A stretch of DNA of 43,698 nucleotides from an uncultured Aminicenantes bacterium (GTDB lineage: Bacteria; Acidobacteriota; Aminicenantia; UBA2199), in contig CBDAFS010000053.1 in the NCBI GenBank assembly GCA_965195285.1, forward strand, positions 1-43,698. The letters run 5' to 3'. Both the position numbers and the translations under genes were made by a program. The notes below the pieces were generated by a model. It was not told the DNA's origin. It ran no database searches and saw nothing but the letters and a program-made list of their open reading frames with translations. Positions 18,166 to 28,381 of this stretch are shown here, one piece after another. The stretch's first letter is position 1; every line of letters begins with the position of its first letter.

Positions 18166-19560
18166 ATGTCGATCAAACTCACTTTAAAAATCGCCCCCAA
18201 TCTGGTATTGAATCCGGTGGTTCATACTTTTCTTGAATTTCTACCCCTGAACAGAGTCGAATTCGCCGAAAAGATAAATAATGAAATCGAAGCCAACCCT
18301 ATGCTGGAAATCGATTCGACCGGTGAAAACATTGAAAAAGATGACACCGAAATCAATGATTTTGAAAAAAAAATGGAGAGAGCTGACACATCCTTTCTCA
18401 CTAAATACGTGGATAATGGATTTTTCAAACCGGATCCGAACGCACTGGATAAAAACCGGGTCATCGAACTGTTTACCGCTTCAGAAGTCACTATGGCAGA
18501 TCATCTGCTGCACCAGGCCATGTCCGTTTTCACTCCGGAAGAACTGCAAATTGCCAAACATGTTATCTACAACTTGAACAAGGGTGGATATCTGGATGTT
18601 GCCATCGAATCCATTGCTTCTGCGATTAACACCACTCCGGAGGAAATTGAAAGACTGCGCAACATCATCAAGAATTTTGATCCGCTGGGCTCCGCCTCCA
18701 GAACCCTTAAGGAATGTTTACTGACCCAGGTCAATGATTCCCCGGAAAATGAAAAACTGAGAACCCTGATTGAACATCACCTGGAAGATCTCTCCAAATC
18801 CAAATATACGGATATCATGAAACAGCTCAACATTGATAAGGAAGCACTATCAGAATTATTAAATGACCTGAAGCGGTTAAACCCCAGACCGGGCCGGGAT
18901 TTTGAAGACCAAAACATCGATTACGCAGAAGTGGATTTGATTCTGTACAAGGAAAACAATCAGTTTAAAATAAAGTACATCGAAGAAGGCATGCCCCGTT
19001 TGTTGCTATCAAATTATTATGATAAGATGCTGGACAGGTCGTGTGATAAAAAAACAAAATCATATCTCAGGGAAAAATATCGAAACGCCCAATTGTTCAT
19101 CGAAGGAATCGAATTGCGGAAATCCATGATTGTGAAGATCGCCGAGTATCTGGTGGATTATCAGAAGGATTTTTTGGAATTCGGCAAAAAATGGAAAAAA
19201 CCCCTGACCATGAAGGATGTGGCCATGGCATTGAATTATAACGAATCTACCATATCCAGGTCTGTCAGTAATAAATTTATTGCCTCCGATAGCGGTCTCA
19301 TCAAATTGAAAAGTTTTTTTTCATATGGAATCATAGGAGAATTCGGATTCAAGCATTCAGTCGAAACCATTAAGGATAAATTGAAAAAGATCATCAGGCA
19401 GGAAAACCAAAACCATCCACTTTCTGATCAGGAAATCTCTCAAAAAATGAAGGATCTGGGCATCCGTATCTCAAGGCGTACCATTCGAAACTACCGTGAC
19501 GAGATGAATATTTCCAATTCATCAAAGAGAAGGGAAGAACACAAGTTAAGAGGAGTATAA
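18166..19560 (+). CDS. rpoN: RNA polymerase sigma-54 factor
   Basis: NPMLE, FDPLG, PLTMKDVA..ESTISR, PLSDQEI and a variant RpoN box SRRTIRNYR. Confidence 0.92.
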   Translation: MSIKLTLKIAPNLVLNPVVHTFLEFLPLNRVEFAEKINNEIEANPMLEIDSTGENIEKDDTEINDFEKKMERADTSFLTKYVDNGFFKPDPNALDKNRVIELFTASEVTMADHLLHQAMSVFTPEELQIAKHVIYNLNKGGYLDVAIESIASAINTTPEEIERLRNIIKNFDPLGSASRTLKECLLTQVNDSPENEKLRTLIEHHLEDLSKSKYTDIMKQLNIDKEALSELLNDLKRLNPRPGRDFEDQNIDYAEVDLILYKENNQFKIKYIEEGMPRLLLSNYYDKMLDRSCDKKTKSYLREKYRNAQLFIEGIELRKSMIVKIAEYLVDYQKDFLEFGKKWKKPLTMKDVAMALNYNESTISRSVSNKFIASDSGLIKLKSFFSYGIIGEFGFKHSVETIKDKLKKIIRQENQNHPLSDQEISQKMKDLGIRISRRTIRNYRDEMNISNSSKRREEHKLRGV

Positions 19561-19561
19561 A

Positions 19562-20095
19562 ATGAGACCTAACTTTACCACCAAGAATGTCAAATTTTCC
19601 GGCGGGCTCAAAGCCTATACTGAAAAGCAATTAAAGGGTATTGAAAAAATAAGCGGAGATATAATCAGTTCTAAAATTATCGTCAGTGAAGAAAAATTCA
19701 TTTTTAAAGTAGAAATAATCCTGAAAACAAAAACCCACAATTATCATGCTCAGCATAAAGACCGGATTCTCAAACAGACACTCAGAAAAACATTGAATAT
19801 CCTGAAAGCTCAAGCCAAAAAAAACAAGGAAAAATTAAAAAAAGAGAAAAAAAGAACCGCCCCCAAAAGAGACTTTTTGCTGAGGAAAAAGAGTCCGGTT
19901 GTCAAAAATCTCGATTCTCCCCGACTCACCCTATCGAAAAATTTTTCCAAAAAACCCTACTCCATCGAAGAGGCTATATTTTTTCTGACCGAAAGCGGGG
20001 AAAATGCCTTCATGTTTATTAATTCCGAAACCGATAAAACATCGGTCGTGTTTTTCAACAGTCACAACGAAATCTCCATCATTGAAGCCAACTAA
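19562..20095 (+). CDS. hpf: Ribosome hibernation factor (long HPF/RaiA)
   Basis: Follows rpoN. Divergent S30AE-like N-terminal domain and a C-terminal KPYSIEEAI..F.F.N motif. Confidence 0.75.
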   Translation: MRPNFTTKNVKFSGGLKAYTEKQLKGIEKISGDIISSKIIVSEEKFIFKVEIILKTKTHNYHAQHKDRILKQTLRKTLNILKAQAKKNKEKLKKEKKRTAPKRDFLLRKKSPVVKNLDSPRLTLSKNFSKKPYSIEEAIFFLTESGENAFMFINSETDKTSVVFFNSHNEISIIEAN

Positions 20096-20097
20096 AA

Positions 20098-20565
20098 GTG
20101 AAAATCTATAATATTCTGAAACCAGAGTTAATCAAAATTGATTGCCAGAAAACCACTACCCAGGATTTGCTTCAGGAGATCATTCATGATTTGAAGGAGA
20201 AAAAATTCATTTCAAATGACAAGCTCATTCTCAATAAACTGATAGAGCGTGAGAAACTGGGTTCTACCTCAATAGGCAATCATTCCGCTGTCCCCCATAC
20301 CAAAATTAAAGGATTGAAAGAACCCCTCCTTTTTATCGCCATATCAAAGGGGGGCATTCAATATCATGAAAATGATAAAGAACCGGTCCATTTAATCATT
20401 TTAATTCTTTCTCCCAACGAATCTCCGATCATTCACCTTCAAATTTTGGCTGCCGCCGCTTCCCTGATAAAAAAATCAACGCATTTAATCAAAGATGTGA
20501 TTTCAATAAACACAGCGGAAGAATTGATAAGCATCGTTAAAAAACACGAAACCACCAATGACTAA
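20098..20565 (+). CDS. ptsN: PTS EIIA (Ntr/fructose-type)
   Basis: EREKLGSTSIGNHSAVPH motif. Confidence 0.85.
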   Translation: MKIYNILKPELIKIDCQKTTTQDLLQEIIHDLKEKKFISNDKLILNKLIEREKLGSTSIGNHSAVPHTKIKGLKEPLLFIAISKGGIQYHENDKEPVHLIILILSPNESPIIHLQILAAAASLIKKSTHLIKDVISINTAEELISIVKKHETTND

Positions 20566-21487
20566 AAACAACCAGGAACTAGAAATCCGGGAACTGATCA
20601 CCCAGGGAAATATCGACATAACCAATGTGTACAACAAAAAATATTTATCCAATATGATCAGGCATCCCAGATCGCAAAGACCAGGACTGGCCCTGGCCGG
20701 TTATTTCAAATATCTGGAAAGGGATCGCATCCAAATTTTCGGAAAAACCGAAATTGGTTATCTGAACCAATTGAATCCGGAAGAAAGACAGAGGCAGTTA
20801 ACAAACTTCTTCACACTCAAGATAGCCGGAGTTATCATCTCTGAAAACCAGGATGTCAGTCAGTTTATCATTCCCAGTGTTCAACGCTATAAAACCCCTG
20901 TTTTAATCTCCAAATTGAGAACCTCTCTGTTAGTATCGAGAATATCCACCTTTCTGTACCGGCAATTTTCGAAGAAAATCAGAGTGAACGGAGTTTTGAT
21001 GGACATCAATGGAATCGGAACCTTGATAAAAGGTGACTCCGGGATCGGAAAGAGTGAAACGGCACTGGAATTGGTTAATAAAGGAAACCAGCTCATATCC
21101 GATGACCTGATTGAATTTTATCTGAATTCAAATGACGAACCGGTGGGGCGGTCCATAGACCGAATAAAAAAATGGATTGAAGTCAGGGGACTTGGGATCA
21201 TCAATATTGCCGATATTTATGGAATCGGAGCCTTGATGGATGAGAAAAAACTTGATCTGGTCATTAACTTGGAAAAATGGAGTCCCAAAAAGAAATACGA
21301 TCGATTGGGTGAAGGAAACCTGTATTATAAAATCCTGGGCAAGGATGTTCCCATGTTTACACTTCCGGTAGCCTCGGGTCGAAACCTGTCCACATTGATT
21401 CAGGTAGCGGTAAAATATTTTATTTCCAGGAAAATTGGAAGCCCGTCTTTTCTCGAACATATTTACAACCAGGACAAGGGCAAGTAA
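20558..21487 (+). CDS. hprK: HPr kinase/phosphorylase
   Basis: RPGLALAGYF, GDSGIGKSETALELV, IEVRGLGII and PVASGRN. Confidence 0.95.
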   Translation: MTKNNQELEIRELITQGNIDITNVYNKKYLSNMIRHPRSQRPGLALAGYFKYLERDRIQIFGKTEIGYLNQLNPEERQRQLTNFFTLKIAGVIISENQDVSQFIIPSVQRYKTPVLISKLRTSLLVSRISTFLYRQFSKKIRVNGVLMDINGIGTLIKGDSGIGKSETALELVNKGNQLISDDLIEFYLNSNDEPVGRSIDRIKKWIEVRGLGIINIADIYGIGALMDEKKLDLVINLEKWSPKKKYDRLGEGNLYYKILGKDVPMFTLPVASGRNLSTLIQVAVKYFISRKIGSPSFLEHIYNQDKGK

Positions 21488-21509
21488 ATAAGGAATGGAG
21501 TCATCATAA

Positions 21510-21917
21510 ATGATTAAGAGTTTGGTCATCACCCACGGGAAGCTGGGAGAAGAATTGATAAGGGTATCTGAAAAGATACTGGAAAAAAAGCTGGACATCG
21601 ATTGCATGGGTTTTGATTGGCAGGAAGACGGAAGTGGCATCATCAATAAGCTAGAGGCATATTTGAACAAAAATAAAAAACATCAGATCATTATATTTAC
21701 GGATATGTTTGGTGGTTCGCCCTCAAACATCTGCCTCCGATATATAAACCCCAATGTTGAGGTTATAACCGGGATCAACCTTCCCGGAATGCTAAAATAC
21801 TTAACCTATAAAAATAAGGATTTAAGCTTCAAGGAACTGGTCAAAACCATAAAAAACGGTATGATTGAAGGAATAAATATCATAGGGGAATACTTAGGAG
21901 AAAAGAAAAATGATTAA
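21510..21917 (+). CDS. PTS EIIA, mannose/fructose-type
   Basis: ITHG, TDMFGGSPSN and GINLP. Confidence 0.9.
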   Translation: MIKSLVITHGKLGEELIRVSEKILEKKLDIDCMGFDWQEDGSGIINKLEAYLNKNKKHQIIIFTDMFGGSPSNICLRYINPNVEVITGINLPGMLKYLTYKNKDLSFKELVKTIKNGMIEGINIIGEYLGEKKND

Positions 21918-22179
21918 ACGTGAAATTGAAATCACCAATAAATTGGGTCTTCATGCCCGGGCAGCAGCCAAACTGTCGCATTTGGCAAACACCTTCAACT
22001 CTGATATCTTTTTGATATATGATCAAGATAAAGTCAATGCCAAAAGTCTTCTGGGGATCCTGACCATGGCCGCATCAATTGGAAACAACATTACCATTGT
22101 GGCCCAGGGAAAGGATGAAGAGAAAGCAATAAAAAAAATTACCGAACTTTTTCACAATAAATTTAATGAAGAAAATTAA
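21910..22179 (+). CDS. ptsH: Phosphocarrier protein HPr
   Basis: NKLGLHARAAA (His15) and NAKSLLG (Ser46). Confidence 0.92.
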   Translation: MIKREIEITNKLGLHARAAAKLSHLANTFNSDIFLIYDQDKVNAKSLLGILTMAASIGNNITIVAQGKDEEKAIKKITELFHNKFNEEN

Positions 22180-23923
22180 GGGTAAACCGGTTTCAGCCGG
22201 GATTGTCACCGGGAAAGCACTGGTACTCAATTCACAGAAAGAAATTATATTTAGAGAAAAAATTAGTAAAGATGAAATCGAAAATGAAATCAAAAGACTG
22301 AACAACGCAGTAAAAAAAACGAGAGCTCAACTCAAGAAAATATATCATAATTTACAGAAGGTCATGGGGAAGGATTCTGCCCTGATTATTGAAACCCAAT
22401 ACCAATTATTAAAAGAGGGCAACCTGCTCAATAATATAAATGATTTAATTACCACAGACCTGGTCAAAGTGGAATGGGCCATTAAAAATGTTGAAAAGAA
22501 ATATATTGATTTTTTTAATAATATCCCTGACCTGGCCTTTCGGGAGAAAGGAAATGATATCTCCGATCTTTTGAACCGATTAATGGACAATCTGAAAAAG
22601 AGCAGGGGCGACATCATTGCCAATATAGAGAATGTCATTCTGGTGGCAGACGAAATACCCCCTTCTATTGCTGCCAATATCATTTCAAAGGGAAAATTAC
22701 TTGGACTCATTCTGAATCAGGGCGGTGAAACCTCCCACAGTGTCATTCTGGCCCGCACATTGGAAATCCCGACTATCTTGGATACGCAAAATGCCACAGA
22801 TATCATCGCCAATGATGATTTTCTGATTGTGGACGGACTCACCGGTGAAATCTATATCAATCCCGGCAAAAATCTTATATCCAAGTTTTCCACCAAAAAG
22901 GAAAAATATCAGGTATACAGAGAACGACTGAAAGATGTCATAAAATTGCCTGATATCACCAAAGACAAGCATCGATTTAACCTTCTGGCCAATATTGAGC
23001 TTCCCTTTGAAAGTGAGATCGTACAATCATACGGGGCCAAGGGGATAGGATTATACCGAACTGAATTTCTGTTTTCTGATTCCTCGATCGTATTATCAGC
23101 CAAACAACAGTATCTAATTTACAAAAATATTGCTCAGAATGTTTTTCCGGATCCTCTGGTAATCAGGACCTTTGATGTGGGGAGAGATAAAAATTACTCT
23201 TATTTTAAATCGGTTTCCGAACCCAATCCGGCTTTGGGCAACATGGCTGTGAGGCTACTTTTAAAAGAAAAGGAACTATTTAAAACCCAGATAAAAGCCA
23301 TTTTGATGGCCAATGAAAGCGGAAATATAAAAATCCTATTCCCCATGATCACCGAAATCGAAGAGATTCATTCCGTGAGAAACCTCATAGAAGAAGCCAA
23401 GCAGGAACTTAAAAATGAAAACAACACCCCCAAAAAGAAAATTGAAATTGGGATCATGATTGAAGTCCCGGGTGTCATTGAGATCATCAAATATTTGAAG
23501 GAAGAAGTTGACTTTTTTTCCATCGGCACCAATGATCTGATGCAATATCTCCTGGCTGCAGATCGAAACAATGCAGCCGTCACCTATCTATTGAATCCCT
23601 TTCATCCGGCCATCATTCAAACCCTGATAAGGTTGAAAAAGGAAATAGATAAAATGGGCAAGAAAGTAACCGTATGCGGAGAGATTGCCGGTAAGACCTT
23701 TACCGCACTCATGCTGCTGGGAATGGGTTATACTGATTTTTCCATGAACCCCATGTCAATCCCCGAAATCAAGCGAGTATTTACCAAAATACATTTTGGC
23801 CATATAAAAAAGATTGTCAATCAATTATCAAACTTCAGTTCAAAAACCGAAGCCGAGGAATATTTTATCGAAACCCTGCTGAGGAAATACCCGGATCTGT
23901 TTATCAAGCAAGCCGTATTTTAA
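22166..23923 (+). CDS. ptsI: PEP-protein phosphotransferase (PTS enzyme I)
   Basis: GGETSHSVILAR, GIGLYRTEF, FFSIGTNDLMQY and VCGEIAG. Confidence 0.93.
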   Translation: MKKIKGKPVSAGIVTGKALVLNSQKEIIFREKISKDEIENEIKRLNNAVKKTRAQLKKIYHNLQKVMGKDSALIIETQYQLLKEGNLLNNINDLITTDLVKVEWAIKNVEKKYIDFFNNIPDLAFREKGNDISDLLNRLMDNLKKSRGDIIANIENVILVADEIPPSIAANIISKGKLLGLILNQGGETSHSVILARTLEIPTILDTQNATDIIANDDFLIVDGLTGEIYINPGKNLISKFSTKKEKYQVYRERLKDVIKLPDITKDKHRFNLLANIELPFESEIVQSYGAKGIGLYRTEFLFSDSSIVLSAKQQYLIYKNIAQNVFPDPLVIRTFDVGRDKNYSYFKSVSEPNPALGNMAVRLLLKEKELFKTQIKAILMANESGNIKILFPMITEIEEIHSVRNLIEEAKQELKNENNTPKKKIEIGIMIEVPGVIEIIKYLKEEVDFFSIGTNDLMQYLLAADRNNAAVTYLLNPFHPAIIQTLIRLKKEIDKMGKKVTVCGEIAGKTFTALMLLGMGYTDFSMNPMSIPEIKRVFTKIHFGHIKKIVNQLSNFSSKTEAEEYFIETLLRKYPDLFIKQAVF

Positions 23924-24161
23924 AAAGAATGGATAGCATAATTTTCAACGAAATTTCCAAAAAAATGTGGAAAACTGCAAGTAAAAAATCAGCGAATCCA
24001 TGTCATAGCTAAATCTTCTTGGATTGCACACTTTTCATATTCAATAAAGGCGTATATATCATCTTTTATGGTAAAAGGATGATTTATCGGTAAAACCATA
24101 TATTAAGACATTGCGTATAATTAAATTTGGACAAATCAAACCAAATAAAAAAGGAGTCAGA

Positions 24162-25790
24162 ATGAAAAAAATATTTTCTTTTTTTGTCCTGATGGCCATA
24201 TTTATTCAGTTATTTGGCGATCAACCGTTGACAGTAGCCGAGCGTTCCAATTTTCAACAAACTTCTTCATATCAAGACGTAATGGATTTTATTTTCGAAT
24301 TGCAAAAGAAATCGGATAAGATTGTCGTTACCCAATTGACCAGTTCATTTGAAAGCCGAATGATTCCCCTTGTGATTGTCAGCCTGGAAGGAATCCGGAA
24401 TTTATTGGAGCGATCTATTCATTACAAGCCGGTCGTCCTCATTAATGCCAATATCCACGCCGGGGAAGTAGAAGGTAAGGAAGCCACCTTGATGTTGTTG
24501 CGAGATGTGGCCTTTAACCGTCTGGATAATTTTTTAAAGAACCAAATCATTCTAATGCTTCCCATTTTTAATCCCGATGGGAATGAAAAAATGGGATTGA
24601 ACAGAAGGGACAATGGTCCTGAAAAAGTAGGGGTTCGCTACAATGGCCAGTATCTGGATTTGAACCGGGATTTTCTCAAATTGGAATCTCCCGAGGTAAA
24701 AGCACTTGTGAAGTTATTCAACCAGTGGGATCCGGTTCTGTTCATCGATCTGCATACCACCAACGGTAGTTATCACCGGGAGCCAGTTACTTATTCCACC
24801 CAGATCAATCCCAATATTGACAACTCTCTGAGTGACTACATGTGGAATGAATTATTCCCTGAAGTATCCAGAACCTTGAAGGTAAAATACGGGTATGACA
24901 GCGTGCCTTATGGAAATTTTGTTGACCGTTTCCACCCTGAAAAAGGCTGGAGAAATTGGGCTCTGGATGCCCGTTTTAGTTTCAATTATTTCGGATTGCG
25001 AAATCGGTTTTCCATTTTAAATGAAAATTATTCCCATGCGGATTTCAAGACCAGGGTCATGTCCTGCTATTGTTTTTTAAAAGCCACCCTGGAATATTCC
25101 AACACCCATATCCAGAATATGCAGCAGAAAGTGTTACAGTCTGACCTGAATACAAAATCCAGTTACCGGAACAATTCATTCGTTTCCGAGTCAAAAACCG
25201 AAAAATTGTTTAATATCAAACTGAAGAGTTATCGCTTTGAAAAAGAAAAAATTAAACCCGAAGACAAAAAAAAATACCCGCCCTGGACAGGAGATTACCG
25301 GGTGAAAAAAATCGATGAACCAGTTGACTATGACCTTCCCTATTTTATCAGACCGGTTGCTATCAAATCGGCCCCATTGCCGGAAGCTTACATCCTGCTG
25401 CCCCACCATCCACACATTGTTGAAAAAATCAAATCACACGGAATCATCATCGAAAAAATCAGAACCGGTTTTCAGACCACCATTGAAGAAATTGTCATTG
25501 ATAAAATAAAACCGTCCAGCCAAATCTACCAGGGCCATATCCGCCTGAAGTGTCAGGTCCACTACCAAAAACAAACCAGATCGATCCCAGCCCAATCATA
25601 TTTCATATCCATGAAACAACCCCTGGCCAGATTGATCCCCATCCTGCTGGAACCGGAATCACAAGACAGTCTGGTTAGCTGGGGGTTTTTCAACCGGGAA
25701 ATCGTTTCACAGTGGCTTAACCAGCCCCGGCCCTACCCGGTTTACCGTTTACCCCTTGTTCTGCCGGGAGTTGAGCGCTATCAGGATTGA
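24162..25790 (+). CDS. Secreted M14-family zinc carboxypeptidase
   Basis: IHAGEVEG (HxxE), NPDG, DLNRD and DLHTT. Signal peptide from ATG 24162 after AGGAG. Confidence 0.85.
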   Translation: MKKIFSFFVLMAIFIQLFGDQPLTVAERSNFQQTSSYQDVMDFIFELQKKSDKIVVTQLTSSFESRMIPLVIVSLEGIRNLLERSIHYKPVVLINANIHAGEVEGKEATLMLLRDVAFNRLDNFLKNQIILMLPIFNPDGNEKMGLNRRDNGPEKVGVRYNGQYLDLNRDFLKLESPEVKALVKLFNQWDPVLFIDLHTTNGSYHREPVTYSTQINPNIDNSLSDYMWNELFPEVSRTLKVKYGYDSVPYGNFVDRFHPEKGWRNWALDARFSFNYFGLRNRFSILNENYSHADFKTRVMSCYCFLKATLEYSNTHIQNMQQKVLQSDLNTKSSYRNNSFVSESKTEKLFNIKLKSYRFEKEKIKPEDKKKYPPWTGDYRVKKIDEPVDYDLPYFIRPVAIKSAPLPEAYILLPHHPHIVEKIKSHGIIIEKIRTGFQTTIEEIVIDKIKPSSQIYQGHIRLKCQVHYQKQTRSIPAQSYFISMKQPLARLIPILLEPESQDSLVSWGFFNREIVSQWLNQPRPYPVYRLPLVLPGVERYQD

Positions 25791-25900
25791 GATAGAAATG
25801 AACGATTGAGTCAAAAATGGACAGGCCTGAAATACCGGATATGATCAAATTTCAAATGTTAAAAAAAGTCAGTTTGATTTTTTTAGTGACTCGATTATAT

Positions 25901-25940
25901 ATTGTCAGGCATTGACAATTCATGTAGAATCATCGATAAT
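25901..25940 (+). promoter_or_regulatory. Candidate sigma70 promoter with an overlapping palindromic operator
   Basis: TTGACA(25912)-17 nt-GATAAT. The inverted repeat ATTGTCA-N5-TGACAAT (25901-25919) covers the -35 box. Confidence 0.45.
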
Positions 25941-25988
25941 TTCTGCTGATTAAAAAATATTTTCACTAACCCGATTAAAAATCATCAA

Positions 25989-26876
25989 ATGAAAAAAATA
26001 ATTGGTTTTATAGTATTGATTCTCATGGTATTCTATTCCCCTCTGCTTTTTCCAGCAAATTCTCATGTTGATGAAACCGCTCCCGAATCAAGTGATTCCG
26101 ACAAGAAAGATGATGAAAAATCTGAAAAAAAGAATGATCCATTGCTCAAAGGTTTTGCAAAAGATCACGGCAGGATATGGGTATCTCCCTTCCGGATAAA
26201 AGGCACCCAGTGGCTGGTATGGGGAAGCGTGGCCCTGGTCACCGGCATATTAATTGCTAATGATGAGGCCATCTATAATAACATAAAAGATTATCAAAAT
26301 GAACATGAATGGGTAGACAAGGCAAGCCCCATCTTTTGCGATTTGTGTGAGGGATATCCTTTTCCAATTGCAGGATTATTTCTTGCCGGGGGTTTGTTAT
26401 TCAAGGATAAAAAAATGGTTGAAACCGGTTCACTGGCCATTCAAGCAATGCTACATTCATTTGTTGTTGTTCAAGCCGTAAAACACCTGACCGGCAGGCA
26501 ACGACCATCCTGGGATGAAGGTAAGGATGAGTGGTATGGACTATCCGGTTTCCTTAAGCGATATGAAGCCGGACAGTGGGCAAAATACGATGCTTTTTTT
26601 TCAGGACATACGGTAACCATCTGGTCCCTGGCCACAGTAATTGCCCATCAATACAATAAAACCCCTTTCATCCCAATTATCTGTTATTCACTGGCAACAC
26701 TCGGTGGTATGGCCACCATAACCGAGGATTTGCACTGGATCTCAGATGTATTCCTCGGGGCTGTAGTGGGATATGCCATCGGGCGGTTTGTGGTGAAAAG
26801 AAGGAGCCGCCACTGGAATATACTTCCTTCTCTTCATAAGGATGGAGCCGGAATCGGGGTCAGTTACGTTTTCTAA
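25989..26876 (+). CDS. PAP2-family protein, paralog of 5722..6549 with altered catalytic motifs
   Basis: KHLTGRQRP, FFSGH and ATITEDLHWISD; C-terminus collinear with the first paralog. Confidence 0.82.
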   Translation: MKKIIGFIVLILMVFYSPLLFPANSHVDETAPESSDSDKKDDEKSEKKNDPLLKGFAKDHGRIWVSPFRIKGTQWLVWGSVALVTGILIANDEAIYNNIKDYQNEHEWVDKASPIFCDLCEGYPFPIAGLFLAGGLLFKDKKMVETGSLAIQAMLHSFVVVQAVKHLTGRQRPSWDEGKDEWYGLSGFLKRYEAGQWAKYDAFFSGHTVTIWSLATVIAHQYNKTPFIPIICYSLATLGGMATITEDLHWISDVFLGAVVGYAIGRFVVKRRSRHWNILPSLHKDGAGIGVSYVF

Positions 26877-26897
26877 AGAAAGTTATTGCCTGCTTTG

Positions 26898-27320
26898 CTA
26901 TTCAATAAAAAAAATAGTGTCCCCTATCTTTACATCCAGTTCTTTGCAGCGATTGGCCCTTATTTCGAGAACATACCTGGCCGGCAGTTTAGAAATATAA
27001 CTGTCACACGGATCACCTTGGCAGGGGGGAACATTGTTAAATATTTCAATTATTTGTTTCTCTTCATTTAAAAAAATGATATCGAGACGAACCAGCATAT
27101 TTTTCATCCAAATTCCCTGAATCTCTTGCTTATCAAAAACCAGCAACATCCCGTAATCATTTGCAATGGCCTTTCTGAACATCAAGCCCTTGATTCTCAA
27201 CTCACGGGTATCGGCCACTTCAACCAAAAATTTTGCTGATCCGATATAGAGAGGAATGAACCTGGCCTGCGAATACAATAAGCCGGCCAGTAGAATTAAA
27301 ACCCAAAACTTACTTTTCAT
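26898..27320 (-). CDS. DUF192-family protein
   Basis: EVADT..R..GLMFR, GMLLVF, WMKN..LDIIF and YVLEI. Confidence 0.88.
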   Translation of the reverse strand: MKSKFWVLILLAGLLYSQARFIPLYIGSAKFLVEVADTRELRIKGLMFRKAIANDYGMLLVFDKQEIQGIWMKNMLVRLDIIFLNEEKQIIEIFNNVPPCQGDPCDSYISKLPARYVLEIRANRCKELDVKIGDTIFFIE

Positions 27321-27943
27321 ATCAATGGAACAAAAGAAACCCCGATTAAGGTCTTTTCCCTTATTTGCCCATCCTTTTTTTTGTATTGGACCAATTGTTG
27401 AAAAAAATTTCCGACCGGAGCAACCGCTATCCCGTTTTCTGTCAGTTGAAAAAACAAGGCTTCTGGAAAAGCATGAGAAGCTGCGGTTATGATAATCCTA
27501 TCAAAAGGGGCATGTTGGGTCCAGCCTTCTCTGCCATTATCGATTTTAAAATGAATGTTTGAATAACCCAGCTGGTTGATTAACAGTTTCTCGGCACTGT
27601 TGGCCAGATGCTTGATGACCTCTATGGTATAGACCTGTTTCACTATTTCGGCCAGAATGGCAGTTTGATAACCAGAACCGGTGCCAATTTCCAATACCCG
27701 TTCATCCCCTTCCAGTTCCAAGAGTTCTGTCATATAAGCCACTATATAGGGTTGGGAGATAGTCTGCCCATATCCGATTGACAGAGGCCCGTCATGATGA
27801 CTATGAATCTTATCAGCTTCAGGAACAAACAAATCCCGGGGAATTTTCAGCAGGGCATCAATCACCCTTTTATCCTTCACACCTCGGTTTCTAATCTGAT
27901 TTTCTACCATATGTTTTCGATTCAATTTATATGTTTCAGACAT
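27317..27943 (-). CDS. pcm: Protein-L-isoaspartate O-methyltransferase
   Basis: GQTISQPYIVA, VLEIGTGSGYQTA, APFDRIIITAA and FVPL. Confidence 0.95.
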   Translation of the reverse strand: MSETYKLNRKHMVENQIRNRGVKDKRVIDALLKIPRDLFVPEADKIHSHHDGPLSIGYGQTISQPYIVAYMTELLELEGDERVLEIGTGSGYQTAILAEIVKQVYTIEVIKHLANSAEKLLINQLGYSNIHFKIDNGREGWTQHAPFDRIIITAASHAFPEALFFQLTENGIAVAPVGNFFQQLVQYKKKDGQIREKTLIGVSFVPLI

Positions 27944-28055
27944 GCCTCGACGCCCTCAATACATAATTATATATAAATATTAACCGCATTTCAATTTATC
28001 CCACAATAAGAAGGTTAAGGATATGAATTTCGTCCGCTCCGGGGTACGGTATCAT

Positions 28056-28084
28056 TCGACATTTATTTGTCCAATTGGTATAAT
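28056..28084 (+). promoter_or_regulatory. Candidate sigma70 promoter, leaderless
   Basis: TCGACA-17 nt-TATAAT with an extended TG. ATG 28091 is 6 nt after the -10 box and has no SD. Confidence 0.55.
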
Positions 28085-28090
28085 TAAATC

Positions 28091-28381
28091 ATGAAATATT
28101 TTGTCATTTTAATCATACTGAGCTTTTGGACCTCGCTTTTTGCCCCGGTTTCAAACCCGCCATTCAAAACAAATCCGGATAATATTCCGGATATTATCAG
28201 TCAAATAAATCTGGACAATCAAAAACAGAACCCCGATGAGTTCGGTGATGATGAAGATGCTCTGTTATATGAACAGGAGATCATTTACAGAAAATTGTTT
28301 CAGAAGACATTACCTCCCTTATCCAATAAGAACAAAATTATATGGGCCTTTCGAATGACAGAACCTGATTTATTTTTATGA
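28091..28381 (+). CDS. Small secreted hypothetical protein, first gene of the two-component operon
   Basis: Signal-peptide-like N-terminus; its stop overlaps the kinase start (ATGA). Confidence 0.6.
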   Translation: MKYFVILIILSFWTSLFAPVSNPPFKTNPDNIPDIISQINLDNQKQNPDEFGDDEDALLYEQEIIYRKLFQKTLPPLSNKNKIIWAFRMTEPDLFL

